Assembly (NCBI GenBank): GCA_018667355.1
Contig: JABIVC010000013.1
Location: forward strand, 3,296-67,295
Length of the DNA: 64,000 bases
Reading direction: 5' to 3'
DNA from: Gammaproteobacteria bacterium
GTDB lineage: Bacteria > Pseudomonadota > Gammaproteobacteria > GCA-002705445 > GCA-002716945
Part shown: positions 29,507 to 42,950 of the stretch, one piece after another
Position numbering within the stretch: position 1 is the first letter of the stretch
Layout: the number at the start of each line of letters is the position of its first letter
The notes under the pieces: generated by a model
Database searches by the model: none
What the model was told of the DNA's origin: nothing
Seen by the model: the letters and a program-made list of their open reading frames with translations, nothing else
Made by a program: the position numbers and the translations under genes

Positions 29507-31207
29507 TTACTTTTTAAAATTTTTGAGAATCTGTTTTTCACTATCAGTCAGATCTTTGCCATCCGAAAACTTTTTAAGTATATCAAAATATTGAGATTCT
29601 TGATTTTTTTCCTCAGCATTATTAATTATAGAATTAATAGTCTGCTCAGCAGACTCCACATTTTTATACATGACCTTCTCTGAAGAATATTTCAAAAATA
29701 GATCTTTTTTTACCCCATCCATCTCTAAAAACTTATTAAGCTGAAAAGTATTATTTATTTTCATATCCTCTATCAACTTAAGCATTTCTTTAACATGATT
29801 ATTTTTTATCAAATTAATGATTATTTTCTTGAACTTGCTTAATAATATAGGATGTTCTAAAAAAATTGACAATATCAAAGCATCTGTTAAATCTAATTCA
29901 TCTAACACTACTTCATTTTTTACAAAACTTTTTGTTGTATCTTTTTCTTTTGAAAATAAATCAGTTTCTGAAAGTTTTGTTAGATTAAGTAATTTCTCTT
30001 TTAGTAGCTTTTTATATAAACCATTTGGGATCGACTCAATTAATGGAGTAATATTTTTTACAAAAGTTGTTTTATCTTCGACCTTATCTAAATCCAAATT
30101 TTTTCTTATATTATCAAACATGAATTCGGATAAAGCTGTATTTTTAGAAATAATAGTTTTAAATATATCCACATTTTCATTACATAACTCATCAGGATCT
30201 TTCCCATCTGTTATAAAGCTAAATCCAATACTTACACCATCTCTAATCTCTGGGAGACAGTTTACAAGTGCTTTCCATGCTGCTTTTTGACCTGCGGTAT
30301 CACCATCAAAACAAAAGACTATGTTTTTACTATATCTTAGTAGTTTATTTATATGAAATTTAGTAAATGCGGTACCAAGAGCAGCAACTGCATTTTTAAT
30401 TCCATTTTGATGGAGAGCTATTACATCAGTATATCCTTCTACAACTATTATCTGATCGATTTTATTTATGTATTGTTTAGACTCAAATAATCCATAAAGC
30501 TCAGAACTTTTGTAAAATAATTTAGACTCGGGAGAATTTATATATTTAGCATTATCTTCTTTACTTAAAGCTCTTCCACCAAATGCAATAATATTTCCTG
30601 ATGTGTTTCTAATAGGAAACATTATTCTATTTCTAAAACGATCATAGACCTTATCTTTATTTTTAACTAATAAACCAAGATCAATTCCTTCTTTTATCTT
30701 CTTTTCTTTAGTTAATAGTTCTGCAATATTATCCCAGCTATCTTTTGATAGCCCAAGATTAAAGATTTTAATCATTTCTTCGTTTATATTTCTTTGTAGA
30801 AGATACTTTTTTGCAATATAGTCATCTTTTAAATTATTTTCATATTGCTGATTAACTAAATTATTTATATCTAATAATATTTTACTATTATTATTACTCT
30901 TAATTTCATTTCCTTTCGGTATCTCTATATTTGCCATATGAGCTAATTTTTCAATTGCTTCAATAAACGTTAGACCGTCATGTTCTCTCAGAAATTTAAT
31001 TGCATCTCCTGAAGCACCACACCCAAAACAGTGATAAAATTGTTTTGTGTTAGATACATTAAATGATGGAGTGTTTTCAGAGTGAAATGGGCAAAGACCT
31101 TTATAACCATTTCCATGCTTTTTTAATTGAACAACATTCCCTATTACTTCAACAATATCGATTCTCGAGAGTAAATCATCGATGAACGCTCTATCAAGAT
31201 TACTCAT
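29507..31207 (-). CDS. dnaG: DNA primase
   Basis: Zinc finger CPFHSENTPSF..CFGCG. TOPRIM domain (EGYTDV, DGD). 566 aa. Confidence 0.9.
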   Translation of the reverse strand: MSNLDRAFIDDLLSRIDIVEVIGNVVQLKKHGNGYKGLCPFHSENTPSFNVSNTKQFYHCFGCGASGDAIKFLREHDGLTFIEAIEKLAHMANIEIPKGNEIKSNNNSKILLDINNLVNQQYENNLKDDYIAKKYLLQRNINEEMIKIFNLGLSKDSWDNIAELLTKEKKIKEGIDLGLLVKNKDKVYDRFRNRIMFPIRNTSGNIIAFGGRALSKEDNAKYINSPESKLFYKSSELYGLFESKQYINKIDQIIVVEGYTDVIALHQNGIKNAVAALGTAFTKFHINKLLRYSKNIVFCFDGDTAGQKAAWKALVNCLPEIRDGVSIGFSFITDGKDPDELCNENVDIFKTIISKNTALSEFMFDNIRKNLDLDKVEDKTTFVKNITPLIESIPNGLYKKLLKEKLLNLTKLSETDLFSKEKDTTKSFVKNEVVLDELDLTDALILSIFLEHPILLSKFKKIIINLIKNNHVKEMLKLIEDMKINNTFQLNKFLEMDGVKKDLFLKYSSEKVMYKNVESAEQTINSIINNAEEKNQESQYFDILKKFSDGKDLTDSEKQILKNFKK

Positions 31208-31208
31208 A

Positions 31209-34200
31209 TTATGCAGCCTTATTTAGTAACGCTAATAAAACTTTAAAATCAGAAGCTTTTGGTTTTATTATTACAAACTTATCAAGTTCTTGTTTATAGT
31301 TTGAAATAATAGATTTAGCAAGATGACTACCTGTATCTTTAGAGTATTCTTTTAATATTTTTAATAAATATTTTTTATGTTCTCCAAACATTGCCTCTGA
31401 TAGTTTTGCCATTTCTACCGAACTTACATTAATTTTTTTAGAAAAAGTATTATCCTTATCATAGACAAAAGACAAACCTCCTGTCATACCAGCACCAAAA
31501 TTATTGCCTGTTTTACCTAATACTATAATGGCACCACCAGTCATATATTCGCATGTATGATCTCCGCTACCTTCTATTACAGATGTACATCCTGAGTTCC
31601 TAACGCCAAATCTCTCTCCAGCAATACCTTCTGCAAAAAGCTTCCCGCCTGTGGCACCATATAAGCACGTATTACCAATTATAATCATTTTTTGTGCTGA
31701 CTCTTTTAATATTTTTGGAGCTTTCACAATAATCTTTCCGCTGGCCATACCTTTGCCAACATAATCATTTGCGTCACCTGTTAAAGTTATATTTAGGCCA
31801 CCTGCATTCCAAGCGCCAAGGCTTTGTCCAGCTGTACCTTCCAGCTGTAATTTGATTGGTTTGGTTTTTAAACCATAGTTGCCATATAAGCGTGCAATTT
31901 CCCCTGAAATGTTAGCACCAATACTTCTATTAAAATTTTTTATCTTATAAGACAATGTTACCGTTTGTTTTTTATTTATAAATGGTAGAGCATCTTTTAA
32001 TATCTTTTTTGCTAAGACAGCTTTATCAAACGGTCTGTTAGATTTAGTAGTACAGTGTTTCGGACTATCATTTTTGACTGAGACTAGTAACTTATTTAAG
32101 TTTAGTTTTTTATGCTTATCTGTATTACCTTTAACTTGTTTTAACAAATCTACTCTACCTATAATTTCACTTAATGAAGTAAACCCAAGCTCCGCAAGTA
32201 TCTCTCTTACATCTTGGGCAACAAATTTAAAATAATTTACTACTCTATCTGGGCTACCACTAAAATGTTTCATACGAAGAATCTTATTTTGTGTAGCAAC
32301 ACCTGTCGCACAATTATTTAAATGGCAAATCCTTAAATATTTACAACCTAAAGCAACCATCACTGATGTCCCAAAACCAAAACTTTCCGCTCCAAGCATT
32401 GCTCCTTTCACGATATCTAACCCTGTCTTCAAACCACCATCTGTTTGTAGTCTAACTTTATGTCTTAAGTTGTTCATCATCAAAGTTTGATGTGCTTCAC
32501 TTATTCCTAATTCCCATGGACTACCAGCATATTTAACTGAAGTTAATGGGCTAGCACCAGTTCCTCCATCATATCCAGAGATAGTAATTAAATCTGCATA
32601 CGCTTTAGCTACACCTGCTGCAATAGTTCCAACACCTGCTTGTGAAACTAATTTAACTGATATTAAGGCTTTACTATTTACTTGTTTAAGATCAAAGATA
32701 AGTTGAGCTAAATCTTCTATTGAATATATGTCATGATGCGGTGGTGGTGAAATCAAGGTTACTCCAGGCACAGAAAATCTTAGTTCTGCAATCATTTCAT
32801 TGACTTTATCTCCTGGGAGTTGACCACCTTCTCCTGGTTTCGCTCCTTGGGCAATTTTTATCTGAATTACTTCTGCATTTACCAGATAATGAGGAGTTAC
32901 GCCGAACCTTCCAGAGGCAACTTGCTTGATTTTTGATGTCTTATCAGTATTAAATCTCCTCTTATCTTCCCCTCCTTCTCCTGAATTAGAACGCCCTCCC
33001 AAAGTATTCATTGCAATCGCTAATGCTTCGTGAGCTTCTGGCGATAAAGCGCCCAAAGACATTCCTGCTGTATCAAACCTATGAAAGATTTTTCTAATCG
33101 GTTCAACTTTTGATATAGAAATTTTCTTTGAACTCGATTTTAGAGATAGTAAATCACGCATGAAACTAGGGTCTCTTCCATTAACTAATTCAGCATATGT
33201 CTTGTAGTCCTCATAATTACCCGTACTAACGCACTCCTGTAAAGACTTTACAATGTTCGGGTTATAATCATGATGTTCTTCGCTATGTACATATTTTAAA
33301 AGACCACCTGTTTTAATTTCTTTAGATACATCCCATGCTGTAAGCCTATTTTCCTCTAAATCTTTTTGGACATCTGAAAAATCTGAACCAGAAACACGAC
33401 TAATGGTATCTTTGAAGCACAAATCAATAACTTTTTCATGCAACCCTACAATTTCAAATAATTGAGCGCCTCTATAACTAGAGATACATGATATACCCAT
33501 TTTTGACATTATTTTCAATATACCTTTGTTTATTCCTTTTACATAATTGCCTAAGGATTCTCCATATTCTTTAGGTGATATTTTATTTTTACATACCATT
33601 TCATTTAGTATTTCGTATGCTAAATATGGGTATATAGCAGTAGCCCCATATCCTATAAGTACAGCATAATGATGTGGATTTCTAGCAGATCCAGTTTCTA
33701 TAATTAGATTTGTATCACATCTTAGGCCAGCGTCTATAAGCTTGTGATGCACTGCACCCACGGCCATTGGAGCTGGAATTATTAATTGGTTCTGGCTAAT
33801 TTTTTTATCAGATAAAACTATAGTTATATTCCCTTTTTTCACACTTCTTATTGCACGGTCACATATTGTATTAATTGCTTCTTCTAAATCTAATGAGCAA
33901 TCATAATTTAAATCAATAACATCATGAGGATATTTTTTTTGTTTAGAGGCCAATATTGAGACATAAGTTTGTCTATCTAAAACAGGACAAGGAAGTATTA
34001 ACCTATCAGCATGCATTGAAGATTCTTCAAATAAATTTCTTTCTTTCCCAAAACATACTTCAAGTGACATAACACTAGCTTCTCTTAATGGGTCTATAGG
34101 AGGATTAGTTACTTGAGCAAACTGTTGTCTAAAATAATCATATATTGATCTATTATGCTTCGATAAAACTGGCATGGGAGTATCATCACCCATGGAACCT

Positions 34201-35663
34201 GTTGCTTCTTGCCCAAGTTCTCCTAGAGGAGCTATTATTTCTTTTTCCTCTTCAAAAGAAACGGAAAAAGATTTTTTATATACAAGTAATTCATTAGCTG
34301 TAAAATTCAGAGGCTTTTCTTTTTTAGCTACATAGTATGGTGTTTTTACAGAATATTTTTTAAGCCAGGATAAGTAGGGATGTCTATCTTTTAAAATATG
34401 ATCTATTTGCTCTGTTAATAAAATTTCACCTTTTTCAGTATCTACTGCTAACATTTCACCTGGCGCTAATCTACCTTTCTCAATAATATCTTCACTCTTA
34501 TAATCATAAACTCCAATCTCAGATGCTAATGTTATATGACGATCTTTTGTTATTACGTATCTCGCTGGCCTCAATCCATTCCTGTCTAATGCACATGCAG
34601 CATACCTTCCGTCTGTGAGAACAATTCCTGCTGGACCATCCCATGGTTCCATATGCATAGAATGATACTCATAGCATGCTTTTAGTTTTTCATTGAGATT
34701 ATTATTATTTTGCCATGCTGGAGGCATTAATGTTCTCATTGCTCTGAATATACCCATGTCACCAGCTAATAAAAATTCCAACATATTATCCAATGTATAT
34801 GAATCAGAATCAGTCCTTGAAATCAAAGGGTGCAGTTTATTTAATTCTGGCAGAGATTCAATATTAAGTTTATTACGTCTAGCTAAATACCAATTTCTAT
34901 TTCCTTGAATTGTATTAATCTCTCCATTATGTGCAAGATATCTGAATGGCTGAGCTAATTTCCATTGAGGCAACGTATTGGTTGAGAATCTTTGATGAAA
35001 AACACATAAAGATGTTTTCATTTTTCCATTAGTCAAATCAGGATAGAAGTCTTTGATATGATCAGAGATTATTAATCCTTTATAAGAAATAACTTTTGAA
35101 GATAGACTGGGTATATAGAAAACTTCGTCATCACTTAAAATCTTTTCTGTCTGCACTCTGGCAATATATAATTTTTTTTCAAATTCAGTGTCTAACATTT
35201 CATCAGGAGCTGTAACAATAACCTGTTTTATTATTGGAAGACTTGACAAGGCGTCTTTCCCACACGCATTTTCATTTATAGGAACATTTCTCCAACCCGC
35301 TACATTTAAACCTAGCTTTCTTAGCTGAAAATGCAGTGTTTCCATGCATTTTTTTTGATTCCTTTTCTCTAAAAAAACTGGGCCAAATGCATAATTTAAA
35401 CCCAATTTTATACCCATATCCTTAGCCAAATCTCTAAAGAATGAGTCAGGTTTTTTTATCAGCAATCCACACCCATCACTGGTTTTACCATCATCAGAAA
35501 TAGCACCCCTATGAGTTAGTCTTTGGAGTGCTTTTATACTTGTATCTATAACCCAATGCGATGGAATATCATCCATTTGTGTTATTAACCCAAAACCACA
35601 ATTATCCCTTTCAAATAGAGGGTTATAAAGACCATTTTCACTATGTTTGAACTTATTTTTCAT
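31209..35663 (-). CDS. gltB: Glutamate synthase (NADPH) large subunit
   Basis: N-terminal amidotransferase nucleophile CGFGLI. FMN and 3Fe-4S domains. C-terminal GXGXG beta-helix. 1484 aa. Confidence 0.95.
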   Translation of the reverse strand: MKNKFKHSENGLYNPLFERDNCGFGLITQMDDIPSHWVIDTSIKALQRLTHRGAISDDGKTSDGCGLLIKKPDSFFRDLAKDMGIKLGLNYAFGPVFLEKRNQKKCMETLHFQLRKLGLNVAGWRNVPINENACGKDALSSLPIIKQVIVTAPDEMLDTEFEKKLYIARVQTEKILSDDEVFYIPSLSSKVISYKGLIISDHIKDFYPDLTNGKMKTSLCVFHQRFSTNTLPQWKLAQPFRYLAHNGEINTIQGNRNWYLARRNKLNIESLPELNKLHPLISRTDSDSYTLDNMLEFLLAGDMGIFRAMRTLMPPAWQNNNNLNEKLKACYEYHSMHMEPWDGPAGIVLTDGRYAACALDRNGLRPARYVITKDRHITLASEIGVYDYKSEDIIEKGRLAPGEMLAVDTEKGEILLTEQIDHILKDRHPYLSWLKKYSVKTPYYVAKKEKPLNFTANELLVYKKSFSVSFEEEKEIIAPLGELGQEATGSMGDDTPMPVLSKHNRSIYDYFRQQFAQVTNPPIDPLREASVMSLEVCFGKERNLFEESSMHADRLILPCPVLDRQTYVSILASKQKKYPHDVIDLNYDCSLDLEEAINTICDRAIRSVKKGNITIVLSDKKISQNQLIIPAPMAVGAVHHKLIDAGLRCDTNLIIETGSARNPHHYAVLIGYGATAIYPYLAYEILNEMVCKNKISPKEYGESLGNYVKGINKGILKIMSKMGISCISSYRGAQLFEIVGLHEKVIDLCFKDTISRVSGSDFSDVQKDLEENRLTAWDVSKEIKTGGLLKYVHSEEHHDYNPNIVKSLQECVSTGNYEDYKTYAELVNGRDPSFMRDLLSLKSSSKKISISKVEPIRKIFHRFDTAGMSLGALSPEAHEALAIAMNTLGGRSNSGEGGEDKRRFNTDKTSKIKQVASGRFGVTPHYLVNAEVIQIKIAQGAKPGEGGQLPGDKVNEMIAELRFSVPGVTLISPPPHHDIYSIEDLAQLIFDLKQVNSKALISVKLVSQAGVGTIAAGVAKAYADLITISGYDGGTGASPLTSVKYAGSPWELGISEAHQTLMMNNLRHKVRLQTDGGLKTGLDIVKGAMLGAESFGFGTSVMVALGCKYLRICHLNNCATGVATQNKILRMKHFSGSPDRVVNYFKFVAQDVREILAELGFTSLSEIIGRVDLLKQVKGNTDKHKKLNLNKLLVSVKNDSPKHCTTKSNRPFDKAVLAKKILKDALPFINKKQTVTLSYKIKNFNRSIGANISGEIARLYGNYGLKTKPIKLQLEGTAGQSLGAWNAGGLNITLTGDANDYVGKGMASGKIIVKAPKILKESAQKMIIIGNTCLYGATGGKLFAEGIAGERFGVRNSGCTSVIEGSGDHTCEYMTGGAIIVLGKTGNNFGAGMTGGLSFVYDKDNTFSKKINVSSVEMAKLSEAMFGEHKKYLLKILKEYSKDTGSHLAKSIISNYKQELDKFVIIKPKASDFKVLLALLNKAA

Positions 35664-35695
35664 ATCAGTTAGATATTAGCATATTATTTATGCAT

Positions 35696-36772
35696 TTATG
35701 CTCGAAAAGTTTTAAGCAGTTCCAGGATATATTTGTCAGTTATACTATCATCTATGCAACATGAACCAATCGATGTGAGCAAAACAAAATTAATCTTACC
35801 CTGCCTATTCTTTTTATCATATTTCATATGTTTCACTATATTTGCAGCCGTGACAGGGGAGGGTATCGTTATTGGGAGCAAGAAATTAGTTAAAGTATTT
35901 TCTATTAGATTAAACTCATCAATATTCAGACCATTCTTCTCTACAGATATTGCTGAGGCAAATAACATTCCTATGCTAACGGCTTCCCCATGACTAATCC
36001 CTTTATAATTAAGAGATGACTCTATTGCATGTCCTAAGGTATGACCAAAATTAAGGTGAGCTCTTATACCTGACTCTCTTTCATCTTTTTGTACAACAGA
36101 AACCTTGGCTTTAACTGATGTTGTAATTAATTTAATTAAACTATTAGAATCCCTATCCAGTATTCGTTCAGAGTTTTTATTTAACCATTTTAAGAATAAT
36201 TTATCACCAATTACCCCATATTTAACTACTTCAGATAATCCTGAGATAAATTCTTTTCTAGGTAGCGTCTTTAGATAATTTGTATCTATAAAAATTGCAA
36301 CAGGATGTTTGAAACTGCCAATAAGATTTTTACCAAATTTATGGTTTACACCAGTTTTCCCACCAATAGAAGAATCAACTTGCGATAGTAATGTTGTTGG
36401 AATATGGATTAAGTTGACTCCCCTGAGAAAGGTATCTGATGCAAAGCCTGCAAGATCACCTATAACACCACCACCTAAGGCAATCACAGTTAAATCTCTA
36501 TTAAATTTATTTTTAATTAAAAAATCATGTATTTTGTTAAGAGATGAAATATTTTTATATTTCTCTCCATCAGGAAATATAATAGTTTTTACATTAAAAG
36601 CTTTTAGAGACTTCTTAAGGTTACTTAGATGAAGTTTAGCTACTTTGGTATTAGTTATTATAACTATATCTTTATAATTAATATATTTAGCAATAGAAAT
36701 TTTATCGCATACATCATTACCTACAATTATAGGTATATTCTTACCATCAATCTTAAATAAAATTTTTTTCAT
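35696..36772 (-). CDS. aroB: 3-dehydroquinate synthase
   Basis: GGGVIGDLAGF NAD-binding motif. Zn ligands HLNFGHTLGHAIE. 358 aa. Confidence 0.85.
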   Translation of the reverse strand: MKKILFKIDGKNIPIIVGNDVCDKISIAKYINYKDIVIITNTKVAKLHLSNLKKSLKAFNVKTIIFPDGEKYKNISSLNKIHDFLIKNKFNRDLTVIALGGGVIGDLAGFASDTFLRGVNLIHIPTTLLSQVDSSIGGKTGVNHKFGKNLIGSFKHPVAIFIDTNYLKTLPRKEFISGLSEVVKYGVIGDKLFLKWLNKNSERILDRDSNSLIKLITTSVKAKVSVVQKDERESGIRAHLNFGHTLGHAIESSLNYKGISHGEAVSIGMLFASAISVEKNGLNIDEFNLIENTLTNFLLPITIPSPVTAANIVKHMKYDKKNRQGKINFVLLTSIGSCCIDDSITDKYILELLKTFRA

Positions 36773-37275
36773 ATAATTTTCTGTATCTCTCTAATAATCT
36801 GAGATTTTTCTTTTCCAGATACATCTATTATATAGTTAGAAACTTTTTTATATATAGGATCCCTTACTTTTTTTAAAGATATTAAATTATCTTCTAAATC
36901 CTTGTCATTAAGCAGGGGCCTATTTTTTCTATTTCTTACACGTTCTATTTGACAACTAATATTAATATCTAAGAAAATTACACGCCCAAGTTCTTTAATT
37001 AAACCTATATTATTATGCCTTAGAACTATACCCCCGCCTGTAGAAATAACATGATTTCTAATAGTATTCATTTTTATCAATTGCTCGCTTTCTAGCTCCC
37101 TAAAGTATTCTTCACCAAATTTCTCAAAGATATCAGGAATGCTATAGCCACTACTCCTTATTATTTCATGATCAGTATCAAGAAAAGATAAGTTATTATT
37201 CTTTGCCAGTATTTTTCCTATAGAAGTTTTTCCACAGCCCATAGAGCCAATAATAAATATATTTCTAAAATCCAT
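36769..37275 (-). CDS. aroK: Shikimate kinase
   Basis: Walker A GSMGCGKTS. 168 aa. Overlaps the aroB start. Confidence 0.85.
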   Translation of the reverse strand: MDFRNIFIIGSMGCGKTSIGKILAKNNNLSFLDTDHEIIRSSGYSIPDIFEKFGEEYFRELESEQLIKMNTIRNHVISTGGGIVLRHNNIGLIKELGRVIFLDINISCQIERVRNRKNRPLLNDKDLEDNLISLKKVRDPIYKKVSNYIIDVSGKEKSQIIREIQKII

Positions 37276-37279
37276 GATT

Positions 37280-39758
<2,479 letters not shown>

Positions 39759-39825
39759 CTAAAATTATACTATATATAGGTTAGATAACTAGCTTATTGC
39801 AGGACTTTGTTTTTAGTTAAACCAA

Positions 39826-40284
39826 TTAACTATTTAAAAGCTGCTTAACATGCTTGCTCACCAACGACATATTAGCGCTATTCCCATGAGTTTTTTTAAC
39901 ATCAGCCATTACTTTACCCATATCCTTAATTGAAGTTGCTTTACAATTTTCTATTGATAATTTCACTACATTTATTATTGCTTCTTCTGTCATCTCTTCC
40001 GGCAAATATATGCTGATAATATCAATTTCTTTCTTTTCTTTGGCAGCTAAATCGGTTCTACCAGCTTTTGTAAACTGTTCAAATGATTCTTGGTTTCTCT
40101 TAAGAACTTTTTTTATCACTTGTATGGTCTGACTTTCAGAAAGAATTATATTTTTATCTTTCTCTTCTTGCTTTATAAATGATGATGCAAATCTGAGAAT
40201 CTCAACTTTGTCTTTTTCACCAGACTTCATAAAACGAATGAGATCTTCTTGTATTTTTGATTTGGTTAATTGATTAGACATCAA
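39826..40284 (-). CDS. yqeY: GatB/YqeY-domain protein
   Basis: 152 aa. Conserved position between rpsU and dnaG. Confidence 0.7.
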   Translation of the reverse strand: MMSNQLTKSKIQEDLIRFMKSGEKDKVEILRFASSFIKQEEKDKNIILSESQTIQVIKKVLKRNQESFEQFTKAGRTDLAAKEKKEIDIISIYLPEEMTEEAIINVVKLSIENCKATSIKDMGKVMADVKKTHGNSANMSLVSKHVKQLLNS

Positions 40285-40288
40285 TAAT

Positions 40289-40513
40289 TTAGAATTTTTT
40301 ATATGGAGGCTTTTTTCTTATTGCTGACATACTAACTTTTCTTTTATGTCTTTTTGTTGCAGCTGCATCCTTTCTTTTTCTCATAGCAGTTGGTTTCTCA
40401 TAAAATTCTCTTCTACGAGTTTCAGTTAAAATCCCAGCTTTTTCACAGCCACGTTTAAACCTTCTCAAGGCTATTTCAAACGGCTCATTTTCTCTTATTT
40501 GTACACTTGGCAT
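40289..40513 (-). CDS. rpsU: 30S ribosomal protein S21
   Basis: [41 protein letters not shown]. 74 aa, highly basic C-terminus. Confidence 0.9.
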   Translation of the reverse strand: MPSVQIRENEPFEIALRRFKRGCEKAGILTETRRREFYEKPTAMRKRKDAAATKRHKRKVSMSAIRKKPPYKKF

Positions 40514-40599
40514 ATAATTATTTAAAATAGTTTATAATGGCGTAATATTACTAGATATTATTAATAAAGCAATAGATTTAGAGTAACTTTGAGGTTTAC

Positions 40600-41595
40600 A
40601 TGATAGTTTTAGGTATAGAATCATCCTGTGATGAGACAGGTTTAGCATTATTTGATTCAAAAGATGGAATGATAGGCCATATTGTCAATTCCCAGCATGA
40701 CATACACTCTAAGTATGGTGGAGTTGTCCCTGAGCTTGCTTCAAGAGACCATGTCTTGAAATTAGTCCCATTACTTGATCAGCTATTGAGCCAAAACAAA
40801 ATCTTATTAGAGAATATTAACCTGATTGCGTTTACTAATGGCCCCGGCTTACTTGGCCCTCTCTTGACAGGAGCATCATTTGCAAAATCTTTAGCCTGGT
40901 CGCTTAAAATTAAAGCCATAGAAGTAGATCATCTTGAAGCACATATATTTTCCCCTATGATCACCGAAAAAGAATTAAAACTACCTTTTATTTCATTATT
41001 AGTATCCGGAGGACATACAATATTAACCTTAGTTAAAGATAATTCTAACTACAAGGTTCTTGGGAAGACTCTCGATGATTCTGCAGGAGAAGTTTTTGAT
41101 AAAGTAGCGAGACATCTGGGATTAGCATATCCTGGTGGCCCAGAAATTTCAAAAGTAGCATCAAATATATCTAGCTCATCTTATATATTTCCAAGACCCA
41201 TGATTAAAACGGATTGCTATAATTTTAGTTTTAGTGGGCTCAAGACGCATGTTACTCAGCTAATCAATAAAGTTGAGTTAAATGATTCAATTATAGAGGA
41301 TATAGCCTATGATTTCGAAAATTCTATTATTGATGTTTTAATCTCAAAAACTTTAAGAGCTGCAAGAGAATATAATATTAAAAATATAGTGATCACTGGT
41401 GGCGTTAGTGCGAATAAAAAACTTCGAATGAGATGTGATGCCGAAAAGGGTAAGAATAAGATTTTTTTTCCAAATATAGCTTACAGTACTGATAATGGTG
41501 CAATGATAGCTTACATGGGTTGGTTAAAATCATCAGAAAAATCAGCGAATAATACTCTTGAGATTAACCCAAATCCTTCATCAAGATTCATCTGA
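40600..41595 (+). CDS. tsaD: tRNA N6-adenosine threonylcarbamoyltransferase
   Basis: MIVLGIESSCDETG N-terminus. Metal-binding HxxAH. 331 aa. Divergent from rpsU. Confidence 0.9.
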   Translation: MIVLGIESSCDETGLALFDSKDGMIGHIVNSQHDIHSKYGGVVPELASRDHVLKLVPLLDQLLSQNKILLENINLIAFTNGPGLLGPLLTGASFAKSLAWSLKIKAIEVDHLEAHIFSPMITEKELKLPFISLLVSGGHTILTLVKDNSNYKVLGKTLDDSAGEVFDKVARHLGLAYPGGPEISKVASNISSSSYIFPRPMIKTDCYNFSFSGLKTHVTQLINKVELNDSIIEDIAYDFENSIIDVLISKTLRAAREYNIKNIVITGGVSANKKLRMRCDAEKGKNKIFFPNIAYSTDNGAMIAYMGWLKSSEKSANNTLEINPNPSSRFI

Positions 41596-42171
41596 TAAGA
41601 AATTAACAATATTTTTTTTATGAGTCATGAATATAAAAAATACATTAGCGAATGATATAGCTACCATATATATTTCAGCTGATGCAATAAACATAAATAA
41701 TGGCAAGAGTAAAAATCCAATTAGCGCAGACAGCCCAGATACTTTGAAAATGTAATATGTTAATAACCAGGTTATAATTAACAATGCAGCTACTATCGGA
41801 TTAAGCGATAATAATATCCCAATAGAGGTAGCAACACCTTTCCCACCTTTAAAATTTAATGTGACAGGAAATGTATGTCCAACTAATAGAAAAAAAGATA
41901 ATAGGTAAATTTGATAGACTGGTATTGTTGTTTCCATAAGAAATAATACAGGAATAAGGCCTTTTAGACCGTCTCCAACCAAGGTTAAGAAAGCAGCATA
42001 CTTATTACCACTCCTTAATACATTGGTTGCCCCTGGATTTTTAGAACCAAAAGACCTAGGGTCAGGTAAATTAAATAATTTTGCGCTTATAATAGCAAAT
42101 GGTATTGAGCCTATAAGATATAATCCTACAGAAATAATTAGCATTTCTAAGTTGAATATATTTTCTAACAT
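41581..42171 (-). CDS. plsY: Glycerol-3-phosphate acyltransferase PlsY
   Basis: GSIPFA...GSKNPGATNVLR signature. Multi-TM. 196 aa. Confidence 0.85.
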   Translation of the reverse strand: MLENIFNLEMLIISVGLYLIGSIPFAIISAKLFNLPDPRSFGSKNPGATNVLRSGNKYAAFLTLVGDGLKGLIPVLFLMETTIPVYQIYLLSFFLLVGHTFPVTLNFKGGKGVATSIGILLSLNPIVAALLIITWLLTYYIFKVSGLSALIGFLLLPLFMFIASAEIYMVAISFANVFFIFMTHKKNIVNFLSDES

Positions 42172-42223
42172 CTGATTAATATATAATTAATAATAGATTA
42201 ATAATAGTTAAGCTTTAGATAAT

Positions 42224-42949
42224 ATGCACAATTCCAACATTATATTCTTACATGGGTGGCTCTTTGATAGGCGCATTTGGCATAATCTTGATAACTTGTT
42301 TGACGATAGGTTTAATATTTTGATGCATGATTTGCCTGGATATGGTGAAAATAATCTATTAGGGATTAGCTCTCAAAAATACTGCGACAATATCTTTAAA
42401 GGAGCTGAAAAAAATACCACTATAATTGGATATTCATATGGTGGATTATTAGCGTTGAATAGTTTTCAGAATTATCACTCAAATATAAGCAAGGTAGTTT
42501 TAATTAACTGTAACCTTGATGTTAAAAATCATAAAAATAAAATTCTAAATCAAAAAAATATAAAAGCATTAAAAACATCATTGGTAGATAATAAAGATAA
42601 ATCCTTGAAACAGTTCATGTATGAGTGTGTCAAAAATTCTAAATATCATAAAACTGAATACTCAAGCCTTCTAAAAACCTTTCCTAGTGATAGCTTACCC
42701 GAGACTGAAATTTTATTGGAAAATCTTGATGACTTGCTAATTCCAGTAAATATTAACTGTGGTTTTAGCAGACAAAAAGATATACTTTTGATTAATACAA
42801 AGGAAGATAGTTTCATGAGCTCTACAGAGGCATATACAATTAATAATAAAACTATCAGGGATGAGAGTATTTCAAATGTTGGCCATATACCTTTTATATC
42901 TGGAAATAATCAAATATATAATTTAGTAAATACATTCATTAAAAACTAG
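42224..42949 (+). CDS. bioH: Pimeloyl-ACP methyl ester carboxylesterase (alpha/beta hydrolase)
   Basis: IIFLHGW. Nucleophile elbow GYSYGG. 241 aa. Immediately upstream of bioC. Confidence 0.65.
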   Translation: MHNSNIIFLHGWLFDRRIWHNLDNLFDDRFNILMHDLPGYGENNLLGISSQKYCDNIFKGAEKNTTIIGYSYGGLLALNSFQNYHSNISKVVLINCNLDVKNHKNKILNQKNIKALKTSLVDNKDKSLKQFMYECVKNSKYHKTEYSSLLKTFPSDSLPETEILLENLDDLLIPVNINCGFSRQKDILLINTKEDSFMSSTEAYTINNKTIRDESISNVGHIPFISGNNQIYNLVNTFIKN

Positions 42950-42950
42950 A

